A stretch of 63,996 bases of DNA, filler included, from Dirinaria sp. TL-2023a (Eukaryota): assembly GCA_051941275.1 (NCBI GenBank). It is 4 parts of 4 records of this genome, joined end to end, with 100 filler letters (N's around TTAATTAATTAA, not from the genome) between each part and the next. Parts side by side here need not be neighbours in the genome. Positions count along the whole stretch, not along the records: positions 16,532 to 32,960 come from JAVEBF010000490.1; positions 33,061 to 49,488 come from JAVEBF010000491.1; 2 more parts are not named here. The stretch is one strand, 5' to 3'. The notes under the pieces are model-generated. The model searched no databases and was not told the DNA's origin. It saw only the letters and a list, made by a program, of their open reading frames with translations. The stretch's first letter is position 1, and every line of letters begins with the position of its first letter. The translations under genes were made by a program, and so were the position numbers. This document shows positions 26,465 to 36,871 of the stretch, one piece after another.

Positions 26465-27550
26465 ATGACTTCTTCTGTTGAGCTCTCTATCCCAAATACC
26501 TCCATCATCTCGAACACCTCTAAACCTTACACCGTATACAACGTCTCTCTGCGCCTTCCCCTCCGCTCTTACACTCTACAAAAGCGCTTCTCCGACTTCG
26601 TAACCTTCCATAATACCCTCAGTTCTGAAGCTGGTATTCCTCCGCCTGCACCACTCCCTTCAAAGTCTTGGTTCACCCGCACGGTCTCCAATCCAGAGCT
26701 GACCGAACAACGCCGTCAAGGTCTCGAAGGTTATCTTCATGCCATAAATGGTTCAGGAGATACTAGGTGGAGGAACTGCAATGCCTGGAAAGATTTTCTT
26801 AATTTGCCAAGCAATACTATCTCAAAGTCGGGTCTGGCGAATGGGCTTCATGGCTCCTTAAACGGGGCCGGTAGCGGCACGCCTACGACAGATCCTGTTG
26901 TCTGGCTCGATCAGTATAGAGAGCTCAAGACCCAACTGCATGATGCAAGACTGGCTCTCACCCGGCGTGACCAAGCAACGAGCGCTCATGACCAGCATGA
27001 GAACGGCGCAGCAGCAAAAAAGAGTCTTGTTAAATCGGCTACTATGATTGCAGCGCTGGATCAAGGACTCAAGAGCCTGGGCAGCGACTCCTGGGGAAAC
27101 GACAAAATGGGAGAAGGGGAGTTGGGCCGTCGTCGAGATTTGATAGCAAATGCAAGGCGCGAGAGAGAAGGGCTTGACAATTTACTCAATACCATGATTG
27201 CGAAGAGCAAAGTCGATGAGACGGTGGCTGGTGCTCATGAGAAGGACAAAAAGAAATTGTTCGGTTCGATCGATTCAAAACCCACAGGCCGGGTGCTGGG
27301 AAAGGAGACCGATAGGACAAGGGCATTGGATAATAAAGGCGTGGTACAGCTCCAGAAGCAAACGATGCAAGAACAAGATGAAGATGTGCTGGTTTTGGCC
27401 CGCGCTGTTGCGAGGCAGAAAGAGTTGAGCCTTCAAATTAACGAGGAATTGATGGTGCAACAAGAGATGCTCGAGGGGCTAGATGAGGATGTGGATAGGG
27501 TACAGGCTAAGATGGACGTGGCAAAGAAGAGGATCAAGAAAATATCTTAG
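26465..27550 (+). CDS. VAM7: PX-domain vacuolar SNARE Vam7
   Basis: N-terminal PX domain (KPYTVY..KRFSDF..PPAPLP..RRQGLEGYL), C-terminal Qc-SNARE (QLQKQTMQEQD..RQKELSLQINEEL..), no TM helix. Confidence 0.92.
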   Translation: MTSSVELSIPNTSIISNTSKPYTVYNVSLRLPLRSYTLQKRFSDFVTFHNTLSSEAGIPPPAPLPSKSWFTRTVSNPELTEQRRQGLEGYLHAINGSGDTRWRNCNAWKDFLNLPSNTISKSGLANGLHGSLNGAGSGTPTTDPVVWLDQYRELKTQLHDARLALTRRDQATSAHDQHENGAAAKKSLVKSATMIAALDQGLKSLGSDSWGNDKMGEGELGRRRDLIANARREREGLDNLLNTMIAKSKVDETVAGAHEKDKKKLFGSIDSKPTGRVLGKETDRTRALDNKGVVQLQKQTMQEQDEDVLVLARAVARQKELSLQINEELMVQQEMLEGLDEDVDRVQAKMDVAKKRIKKIS

Positions 27551-27760
27551 GCTAGCAGTATGAAGTTGTCATCGCTTGCTTGTGCGATGTGACAGCGTAT
27601 TTCGGTTGAGTAGGTTACATTGCACTTGCCCGCCACTCTCCAAGCACAGCCCCTCATTTCTCGATGGTCTCTATATTGGCCGATTTCGACTCAAAAAGGG
27701 GAAAAGAAGATTGCTTACAGTTGACCCAAAACCCTCAGAAAATAAACGGAACCACCGACC

Positions 27761-28240
27761 ATGCCCTGGTGGTCACGATCCAAAGCCCGCCATGAGCAAG
27801 ATCAAAGATACTGTCGCGAATTAGCAAGACTAGACCGAGCGGACCTTGTATCGAAACACGAGCACGAACAGCGTTCTCTGCAACGCCGACAAGAACGCTT
27901 TACAGCAGAGAAGGCAATTTTTGGCTACGGCTGTGATCACGGGTACCACATGGCACAGGTGGAGCGCGCTGCTTACGATCGGGGATGGCAAGATCGAGTG
28001 GAGCATGAGCAGAGGGTCCAGCAGGGGCGCCCGAAGAAGGAAAGGGAGAGACAAAGCCAGCGAGCGGCGTATGAACCGGCTTACGACGGATATGGTGGCG
28101 GACACGGCGTTGGTCATAGTGGTGGACGACATAGTAGTGGACGACATAGTGGTGGACATAGTGGTGGACACAGTAGTGGACACAGTGGTGGACATAGTGG
28201 TGGACATTCCAAGGGGAGACATCGAATTGGAAGATCGTAA
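27761..28240 (+). CDS. Small hypothetical protein with charged helical N-half and Gly/His/Ser tandem-repeat tail
   Basis: 159-aa ORF with good start context (ACCGACCATG). The tandem repeat units vary mostly at third codon positions in this frame. Confidence 0.6.
   Translation: MPWWSRSKARHEQDQRYCRELARLDRADLVSKHEHEQRSLQRRQERFTAEKAIFGYGCDHGYHMAQVERAAYDRGWQDRVEHEQRVQQGRPKKERERQSQRAAYEPAYDGYGGGHGVGHSGGRHSSGRHSGGHSGGHSSGHSGGHSGGHSKGRHRIGRS
28112..28210 (+). repeat. 12/15-nt tandem repeat (GGTGGACATAGT-like) encoding (GG/SG)(R)HS
   Basis: ggtggacgacatagt agtggacgacatagt ggtggacatagt ggtggacacagt agtggacacagt ggtggacatagt ggtggacattcc. Confidence 0.9.
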
Positions 28241-29223
28241 TCCATTAGGTTCAGGGGGGGGGGCAGAAGAGACTTTTTGTAAGGCCTTGACAGGTTATCC
28301 TCCCTTTTTGCGAATAGATAAGTCAGCTTGTGACTTCTCAGCGTGGCCATGCTTGAAATTATCGTATCTCTCTTGCATTTGGTCCAGCTTAGCATCAAAC
28401 GCTTTCACAGAGCTGACAGATATCTAAAAGGACTCGGCTTCAAGTAGCGGTAAGATCTGAAGAACGAAAAGAGCGAGTAAAGAGAATAGCGAGATTGAAT
28501 ATCAAAATATCTTTGAGCATCCTACCAATTTCATCCTCGATTTACCTGGATCTTAACGAAGGCAGGTAGGATTAGTCCCATGCTAGATTAGATATACAGG
28601 GTAAAGAGAAAAGTGCGTTTTGAATCAACAGAAAAAGCACAAGAATACCTACTTAGGTACTCGTACATCTAAGGTACTTTATATGTCAACTAATTAAGGT
28701 AGCTACCTTACATTTACCTTAGACCTAAAGCTCGACTTAGGGGCGTGGGGGCCTCTAGGTGGGCTTTTAGGGGTCTTTCAGGGAGTGAACCTTACCTAAG
28801 CAATGGGGTCCCTGACCTGAGGACTTCCGCCGCCGCACCTGCTTCCATTAAGCGCAGCAAGCTTTACCCAATGCTACTATTTTCTTGTCTGCCCCTCATC
28901 TCTTCAGGCTCCAACGGATCATGGCCGGCAAACACATACGGCAAAGCACCGCTTCTCATAGCGGGGAAGGAAGTAACGCAGCTGACATGGCAGAGAGTGG
29001 TGTCACTCGGCTGGTACACATAGCACCTCATTCTAGGTGCCGATTCACAAGCCGTGAATCCCCAGAATCCTGCGCTTCGACCTGATAGACATCGCCAGCT
29101 TTTGGATTTAGGCAATGGGGAGCCGTAATCATTGCTGTTGGATTCTGGGTCCAGATTGATACCTCAAACTTAAATACGTCCAACGACTTCGGTCGAGGAC
29201 CCTCTACCAAGCACAAAATCGCC

Positions 29224-30027
29224 ATGTACAACATCACTGAAAAAGAAACCCAACCGAACACATATAGCCACATAAACGGCTCAATTGAGGAGATCCTCGA
29301 TCGCTACTGTGTGTCGGAACTCTGCAAAGGCTGGCCAGTCTATCGAGACGCCTCGGAATGGAACAATTACCGCAGCCTCTTCGCTGAGAAGGGCGCCTTT
29401 GTCTTTACCAGTGTGTAGTCTCCGACAATTTAGAATTTTGGCGCGCTAGATTGACCTCCTCATGCTGATTCGATCCTGGTAGCATGGTCGGGCGGACTCT
29501 CCATCGAGGACTTTATCGAAGTGTCAAAACGGGGCCGGGCCAAAGGCGACTTCATTATGCACCGTGAGAACGGCACTCTTGTCGACCTCAATCCTTCTAC
29601 CTCGCGTGCTGTTGGGAAGATGAAGGCCACCATCACCCAACGTTTTACCTTCGACAACATCACCTTTGATATCGAATGCGACTGCCGCTTCATCTTCTTC
29701 TGCCACAAAAGCCCCACCAGTACGTCCGGCGGGAAACTAGAATGGAAAATGCAATACTCGAAGCTATTCTATGAGAAAGACAAGGTCGTACCCGTGGATG
29801 GGAAGACAGTTCCGACATTCAAAGAGGAAGAACTCAGCAAGTATCCGGTTGGATATCAGCTTCTAGGGGCGGCGCAGGCGAAGCTGGGACACGAAATTCT
29901 TGGGGGACTACCGACACTGAACAACCAAGCTTTCTTTACTCTGTACCAGGCCATTGATGAATGGCTACAGGGAAAGAATGTGGAAAACCTCCTGGGGGTT
30001 CCGCAAGACTACAAGCCGAAATTCTGA
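29224..30027 (+). CDS. PEP2-like (pea pathogenicity protein 2 family), SnoaL/NTF2-like protein; exons 29224-29410, 29483-30027
   Basis: Motifs [48 protein letters not shown] and FYEKDK recognised as this fungal family. The intron restores T-W in frame. Confidence 0.8.
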
Positions 30028-30420
30028 ACGCACACCCGATGGCGGCTCGGAAGGGGTTTTAGTTTACCGAATTGGCACATGAGCTAAAGCTACAAGTTTC
30101 TTTGTACTGTAAAGCTGAATGCCATTTTTGTCATACTTTTCATGCCTCATACGCATTATGACGGCTGATTGATTGAAGGCACATGTTCGCTTAATCTGGA
30201 GTACCTTATCATACCTTAACAACGCTTAACTCCGCTCACTGCGAAGTCATCCAGTCCGCATTTAAGCCAAAGTCCGCATCTTGACGAATATAAAATGCCA
30301 TCTCATTCGCAACAAAAGATGAAAATGATTAAAGCCAAGACTTGGGATATTCTAAAGCAAGGCTGAATTTTGTTATTGAATTTTTTTTGGTCCATTAATC
30401 CAAGAGACGTTTCGCAGAAA

Positions 30421-31866
30421 ATGGCAGGTCTGGCGGATCATTTCTCCCAGAAGCTCCCTTCACATCTCAAAAACTCCCTCGAAGCAACCAAATGCGAGTA
30501 CCGGCGCCTGGGCAACTCCGGGCTGAAGGTATCTGTACCGATCCTGGGCGCCATGAGTTTCGGGACCAGCCAATGGATGGACTGGGTTTTGGAAGAAGAG
30601 AAAGTATTGGCTGCCCTTATTGCTTTCATACATGATTTGATGAAATCCAATGCGCTGAATGCCTTGACAGGCATTACCGATTCTGAAAGCGGCCTACGAC
30701 CGCGGACTCAATACCTGGGATACATCGAACAATTATTCAAATGGAGGATCGGAGCGGATCATCGCCAAGGCTATCAAAGAGTACCGCATCCCGCGGGATA
30801 AACTCGTGATCCTGACGAAATGCTTCGGGACCGTTGGCGAAGATCCTTCCTTCTTCACGCCGCCGTATACGAAGCATGTAGGCGCCAGTAAGGACTATGT
30901 CAATCAACGAGGTGATTGCTGGCCCCCCTCTCTTCCCTTCTTCTCTCACTCGAATCCATACCTTATCAGAGTATATATATATTTAAAAAAAAGGAAAAAG
31001 AATGCATGACTGAGATGAAATCTCCTTTCCAGGCCTCTCGCGCAAAGCCATCCTTCACGCCGTGAACGGCTCCCTCGCGCGCCTCGAAACAGACTACATC
31101 GATCTCCTGCAGATCCACCGCTTCGACTACGAGACCCCGATCGAAGAAACGCTCTCGACGCTGCACGACCTCGTCACGAGCGGCAAAGTGCGCTACATCG
31201 GCGCTTCGAGCATGTGGACGTACCAGTTCGCCATGATGCAGGCCTGTGCCAAGGAGAACGGCTGGACGAGGTTCGTGAGCATGCAGAACCATTATCATCT
31301 GCTGTACCGGGAGGAGGAGAGGGAGATGATCAAGTATTGCCAGCTGTCGGGCGTGGGGTTGATTCCGGTTCGTTCCCCCCCTTTTTCAGAAATCGTACTT
31401 TCTTTGTCGAATTTTTTCTTTCTCCCGTCTTCTTCTCCTTCTTCTTTCCTTTTTCATTCCATCTCTTCAGAGTAAAAAGCGAGGGCAAAGTGGAGACGAA
31501 AGCTAAGACAAAGCCCCAAAGTGGTCCCCCCTCTGCCGCGGGCACCTTGCGCGCCCGCGCGCCGAGATGAAAGCCTCAACGCGAGGCAGCGGCGAAGCCG
31601 AAACCCCCATCTTCGGCTCCGGCACCGCCGACGCGGACGCCACCATCATCGACCGGGTGCAGGAGCTGGCGGAACAGAAAGGGTGGAAAATGAGCCAGGT
31701 GGCGCTGGCGTGGATCAACAAGCGCGTCACGAGCCCGATTATTGGTTTTAGCAGCGTGGGCCGGATCGACGAAGCCATCGATGCGCGGGGGAAGGCGTTG
31801 AGTGATGCGGAAGAGAGGTTTTTGGAGGAGTTGTATGTGCCGAAGGGGGTGCAGGGGCATGTTTGA
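30421..31866 (+). CDS. Aldo-keto reductase (aryl-alcohol dehydrogenase-like); exons 30421-30603, 30671-30911, 31033-31367, 31522-31866
   Basis: [85 protein letters not shown] and [12 protein letters not shown]. Confidence 0.93.
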
Positions 31867-32509
31867 AATGCTTGTGATATCAATGATGGTATTGGTTGGT
31901 TAGAAGAAGATGGATGAGGGTGGCGCAAAGAAAAAAGAAAATTTCTACATGGAGTACCTCCATTCATAACCGTATAGAAGAACGATAGATATGTTGTTTA
32001 TAAATTATCACGTCGCCTCAATCCTTTTTTATAAAAAAACCGCATAATTCGAAAAAGAACTCCCATCCAACTTCCCTACCTACCTACATCACGCAGCATA
32101 TACAACCTCTTCTTCTTCCTCTTGTTGTTATTACCCAAAAATTCTCTGTTTTTTTTTTATCTCTTTCTCTCTTCTTTCTCTGCCATAATCAATTTTTTTT
32201 TGTGTGTGTGAAAAGAGCAAAGAAATAGAAAACACCCTATTTGCATGTACGAATCCGGGTATTTGTGTTATGTTTATATAGCCCATCCAACCCTTTTTTT
32301 TTTTACAACTACATGATTTTGGATAGATTTCTAGTACGAGTACTGAAGGGTTCATGTTTCGTGCTTCGGGGTATGGAGGTGGTAAGGGAAGGGAAGGGAA
32401 GTAAGGTATGGAAGGTAGATACGCTCGCTCTCCCATCTTCAATTGAGCAGAACCAAAGAGTTCTAGGAGGGGCCGGGGGAAAGAGAAAAAAAAAAGAAAA
32501 AAAGGGGTT

Positions 32510-32960
32510 GGCTTATTGTTAAATAGACTCGAAGAATAAGGTAAGTAGTAATTACAACCAGCTTGAAAGAAAATGCGAGGCAAGATTATAAGAACATGAG
32601 AAAATAGAAGAATATATGACTAAAATCATTTGTCATCGATGATATTGAGAATTTTCCTCTTGAGGGGGAAAAAAAGAAAAAGAAAAAGAAAAAGGAATGA
32701 TGATATATCGATATTGATTTAATCAATCTCTCTCTTCCCCCTCGAGCAAAAGGTTGGTTGAGTGATTATTAAAGGGACTCGAAGAGTAAACAAGTAAGGA
32801 GTTGCGATTTGATCGAAAAAGAAAAACAATGCGAGATAAGATCATAATAACTTGTGTAGAAAGAAGTTATATATGAGTATATGAATCATTGGCATGGGTG
32901 GGTGCCATTGAGGGTTTTTACTTTGAGGAAGGGGGGAAAAGGAATGATTATATATCGAAC
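32510..32960. repeat. Diverged ~250-bp AT-rich tandem duplication running into the gap
   Basis: Colinear anchors: GACTCGAAGA 32526/32776, AATGCGAG 32572/32828, AATCATT 32624/32884, GGAATGA..ATATATCGA 32694/32941. Confidence 0.75.
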
Positions 32961-33060
32961 NNNNNNNNNNNNNNNNNNNNNNNNNNNNNNNNNNNNNNNN
33001 NNNNTTAATTAATTAANNNNNNNNNNNNNNNNNNNNNNNNNNNNNNNNNNNNNNNNNNNN
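32961..33060. other. Assembly gap / artificial linker
   Basis: 44 N + TTAATTAATTAA + 44 N. Confidence 0.97.
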
Positions 33061-33061
33061 A

Positions 33062-34138
33062 ACCTCCCTCCTCCGCATCCAACACCCCATCCTCCTCGCA
33101 GGGATGGCACACACATCGACCACGCCACTCGCCTCGGCGGTCTCACTCGCGGGCGGCCTCGGCGTCATCGGCGGACTGGGCTACACCCCAACACAACTGC
33201 GCTCCATGATCCACTCCCTCAAAACCTCCTCCCCCACCCCCAATCCCTTCGGAATCGATCTCGCCCTGCCATCCCTAGCGCCCACAGCGCGAAAAACAAA
33301 CCACGACTACACCTCCGGCAAACTCAGCGAACTGATCGACGTGATCACCGAAGAGGGAACCACGCTCTTCGTCTCCGCGGTCGGCGTGCCCGACCCCGAA
33401 ACCATCGCGCGCTTGCACGCCGCGGGCGTGCTCGTCATGAACATGGTCGGGCACCCGAAACACGCGCGCAAAGCCTTCGACGCGGGCGTTGATCTCGTGT
33501 GCGCCCAGGGCGGCGAAGGAGGCGGCCACACGGGCTCCATCAGCGGCAACATCCTCGTCCCCGCGTGCGTCGATGTGGCGCGGAAATACCGCCCGCCTGC
33601 GCTGCGGGGAGGGACCGGGCTCGTGGTCGCGGCGGGCGGCATCTGCGATGGCAGAGGCCTGGCTGCTGCGCTGGCCATGGGCGCCGTCGGGGTATGGGTC
33701 GGCACGCGCTTTGTGGCTTCTGACGAGGCCGGCTGCAGCGAGATGCATAAGCGCGCCGTGGTGCGTGCTGGCTGGGACGATACGATGACGACGCTCGTCG
33801 TGTCCGGGCGCCCGTTGAGGGTGCTCCGGAACGCGTATTTGGAGGGCTGGGAACGCGAGGAGAGGAGGGCCGAGTTGAAGGGGTTGTTGGAGAGCGGGAA
33901 GGTGCCCCTGCAGAGGGATCTGGAGGAGGGGGTTGAGGAGGGTGCTAGTGGTGGGGAGCAAGTGGAGGTCGAGTTCCCGTTTTTGATGGGCCAGGTCGCG
34001 GCCATGGTTACGGATGTGAAGCCCGCGAGGCAGATTGTGGAGGACATGGTCCGGGAGGCGGCGGATGTGATCGGCGTCGCACGGGGTTATGTACATGTAC
34101 TGGGCTCCGATAGGCATAATAGTAGTAGCAAGTTGTGA
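33062..34138 (+). CDS. Nitronate monooxygenase / 2-nitropropane dioxygenase family flavoprotein, 5' truncated by gap
   Basis: Frame is open from the gap (TSLLRIQHPILLAGM). Motifs AVSLAGGLGVIG, FVSAVG, CAQGGEGGGHTG, VVAAGGICDGRG..GVWVGTRF and LMGQVAA. Confidence 0.92.
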   Translation, partial: TSLLRIQHPILLAGMAHTSTTPLASAVSLAGGLGVIGGLGYTPTQLRSMIHSLKTSSPTPNPFGIDLALPSLAPTARKTNHDYTSGKLSELIDVITEEGTTLFVSAVGVPDPETIARLHAAGVLVMNMVGHPKHARKAFDAGVDLVCAQGGEGGGHTGSISGNILVPACVDVARKYRPPALRGGTGLVVAAGGICDGRGLAAALAMGAVGVWVGTRFVASDEAGCSEMHKRAVVRAGWDDTMTTLVVSGRPLRVLRNAYLEGWEREERRAELKGLLESGKVPLQRDLEEGVEEGASGGEQVEVEFPFLMGQVAAMVTDVKPARQIVEDMVREAADVIGVARGYVHVLGSDRHNSSSKL

Positions 34139-34323
34139 ATGGTTTACAGTAGTGTGGGCCAGGTGGAATCACTTAATGCAAGCGTTGTACAGTATATACC
34201 AAGGTAATTTTGCCCAAAGCGTTACGAAATAACCCCTTTTGTTGGGGCTTTTGCGGTTATTGATAGAGCCACACACACGAGAGTGGTTGTATACGAGAAA
34301 ATGGATAGAGCGGAATTCGCGCA

Positions 34324-36114
34324 TTAAGCTAACAGGGTCTTCTTACCGATGCCATTGACTTGGCCATGAGAACCTGACACCTTACCGTTCACCTGGGGTT
34401 GGGCGGATGGTGGAGGCGGTGGTACAGGTCCATACGTGGTTGGGGCCAGCCCGTTTTGCCTCGCTTGCAGATCCGCATCATCTTCGGTCTCTTCATCGTC
34501 GTAGTCCTCCGCCTGACTGTCATCCTCTTCATACTCCTCGTCTTCATCGTAATCGCTGGCTTCGTCTTCTTCGCTGCCTTCGAGGATGTTTCCCCCGGCT
34601 GGAGCGCGACCCTGCTCTTGCATGCGCCGGATGACACTCTCCAAGGTGCTGTTCTTCTTGCGCAGTGTTTCCAGCTCTTTGTTGCTGCGAGTTCGCTCTT
34701 CGGCCATTTCGAGGATATTGCGATTGGTGAGGTCGTGCTTCCGAGTCAATGTCAGGTTCTCCTTTTCGAGGCGCTTGGTCTTCTTTGACATCTCCTCCAT
34801 TTCTTTACGGAAGGTGAGGAAGAGATCGTTCGAGTTGTTCAGCGTATCCTCGACCTTGAGCAGAGTAGTGTTAAACCCAATCACGAAAGACGGTCGGTAG
34901 TAGGATTTCACTACCAAGCCGCGAAAATGAATCTCAGGAGGCATATGCTTACTTGCTTGAACTTTTCCACATATATGTTTAGTTGACTCCGAAGCTCCGT
35001 TTCTGTTTGGGAGAATGTGGAAACTTGGGCAGTCAAAGTCTGAGACTTTTTGACTTGGTTCTCTGCCTCTTTCCTCTGCTGTTCGTATCTTGCCAGGTTG
35101 TACTGGACTTCGCACTCTTTGGTCCTCATTAACGATTGAAAATGCAGCTCGCGTAACTCGTATTGTTCGATAAAAGACTTGAACTTCTGCCGGAATCTGG
35201 AGCTGATTAGGATCATTCTTAGGCTGTGCCTTGCACGCAAGGTACATACAATTCGTCAAGTTCCATGTTGAGCTTTTGACTTTCTGGATTCTCCTTCTGC
35301 TTCATGGCATGTTCAATGTTAAGCAAAAGACTCTCGATACTCTCGCCGAGATGGTGGCGGCTTCTCTTCTCTGTGTCTTCTAAGCGCTTATGCTCGTCCT
35401 AGAGAGCGTTCAGCGGGTTCAACATGGACGTCAAGCTGCTCAAAAACGAACTTTCATTTTCTTGTTTTCCCGTGACAGCTCCCTGCATAGCTTTTCAAGT
35501 TTCTCCTTTATCGTAATGGTTTTACCGAGCTCGGAACGTCCTTGGTCCTTCTCTTTCTGTAACTGGTCGGCCCGCTTCTTGCTTTTCATATTATCTCGAT
35601 CTAAGCGTTTCATATCTGCGAGGAGCTCGGTGTACTTCTTTTGCACGACTTCGAGGCGCGAAAGCGGGGTCTCCATGCCGTTCAAGAGATTGCTCAGGTC
35701 TCGATTGGCTTTTTTAACTTCCCGTTCTAATCCGTGTCACCGAGAGGGCAAATAATCAGCATTAGGTAGGTCAACATGACGTCGTGGGTTGTTTTGGAAA
35801 CATAGCAACAAAGGACTTTAGATCCGCCGAAGACGGCACGTACCAATTTCGGCTTCTTGGTCCTTCTCCCCAGCTGCGTCAAGTTCTAGTTGATTTATTT
35901 TCGCAGCCAACAACTTGCCGGTCTCGTTTGGGTCTGCAGCCTTCTTCTTTCCCTTCTTCGTCGTAGTCGCTGGCGGTGGCGCCACCGTAGACGCATGAGC
36001 GTCTGCTGAATCGCCATGTCCGTTCACCAGACCATGGGACGTACCACCAGGTGCAGCTGGAGAAGAACGTGAGCCTGCAGCGGGTATAGGGGGCTGTGGG
36101 GCGCTGGTGGCCAT
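34324..36114 (-). CDS. Taxilin-family coiled-coil protein; exons 36114-35844, 35726-35452, 35398-35250, 35196-34953, 34854-34324
   Basis: KEKLEKLCRELSRENKK, FKSFIEQYELRELHF, ETELRSQLNIYVEKFKQ|VEDTLNNSNDLFLTFRKEMEEMSKKTKRLEKEN; canonical introns. Confidence 0.9.
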
Positions 36115-36871
36115 GGTCGACGTTAACGACTGGGGGCCGAAGTATCTTTCCCAATTCCGACCCGGCAAATCGCCTTCTTCGCTATCGCTCTCTGAAGCGT
36201 TCTATGGAATAGTTCATGTACACAGCAGTCCCGTGGTACTGAGTTGAGCTTGAAGTGGTTTGACCACACTGATTAGGGGTTTCCAAAACTGGACTGAGGT
36301 AGCTTTATGAAAATTCCAAAGACCGGACGGCAACCAGACTTGGCGGTAAGAAGTCTGTCGACGGGCGACTGCTATAATCGCGCGTTCCCAAGAAGATTCT
36401 TGGTCGTGTGAGGAGGCAAGGTCTGAAAGGCGGGAATCTGGTTGGCCTCGCTCTAGGTCTCGGCTGCCGGAGATGCGCAAGTGCACTCGATAGGATCCAG
36501 ATATTTCGGGCGTCCAAAGCACCGAAAGAAAATATCGCAGCCCAGACGATACAATGCTCGACTACACTTATATCATGAGGAAAAATCATACAACAAGAAC
36601 CCCAAAATCGTTAAGCTGGTTGTTTGTTAGATCTCTGGTGGAGGGTGGAAGGCTCATCTTGCATAAGTGTTACTAATCTGAAGCCTCTGGCTATGATTGG
36701 TTGTCTGTAGAACCTCGGCCTCTTGATCTTGGCGTTGCCAAGAGACGGCGAGCTGGCGAGCTGGCCTACCTACCTTACCTTAGTACTGAAGCTCGCTCCT
36801 TCCATGTGTTCCAGCAGTATTGACTTGTGGATCGAGTAAAGTACTGTAAGGTATTCTCGGTGCACTTGCAG

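Noticed and set aside
27830..28427. Overlapping ORFs with (MSTT)n, (VVDI)n and (CPPL)n repeats; array superficially CRISPR-like
   Set aside because: These are alternative frames of the GGHS repeat. There are no spacers and the context is eukaryotic.
32131..32583. 150-aa and 93-aa ORFs in the AT-rich tract
   Set aside because: Homopolymer-derived low-complexity translations with no recognisable motifs.
33275..34117. Long antisense ORFs (280 and 246 aa) over NMO; similar ones over AKR, PHO13 and YTA7
   Set aside because: Expected shadow ORFs of high-GC3 coding sequence.
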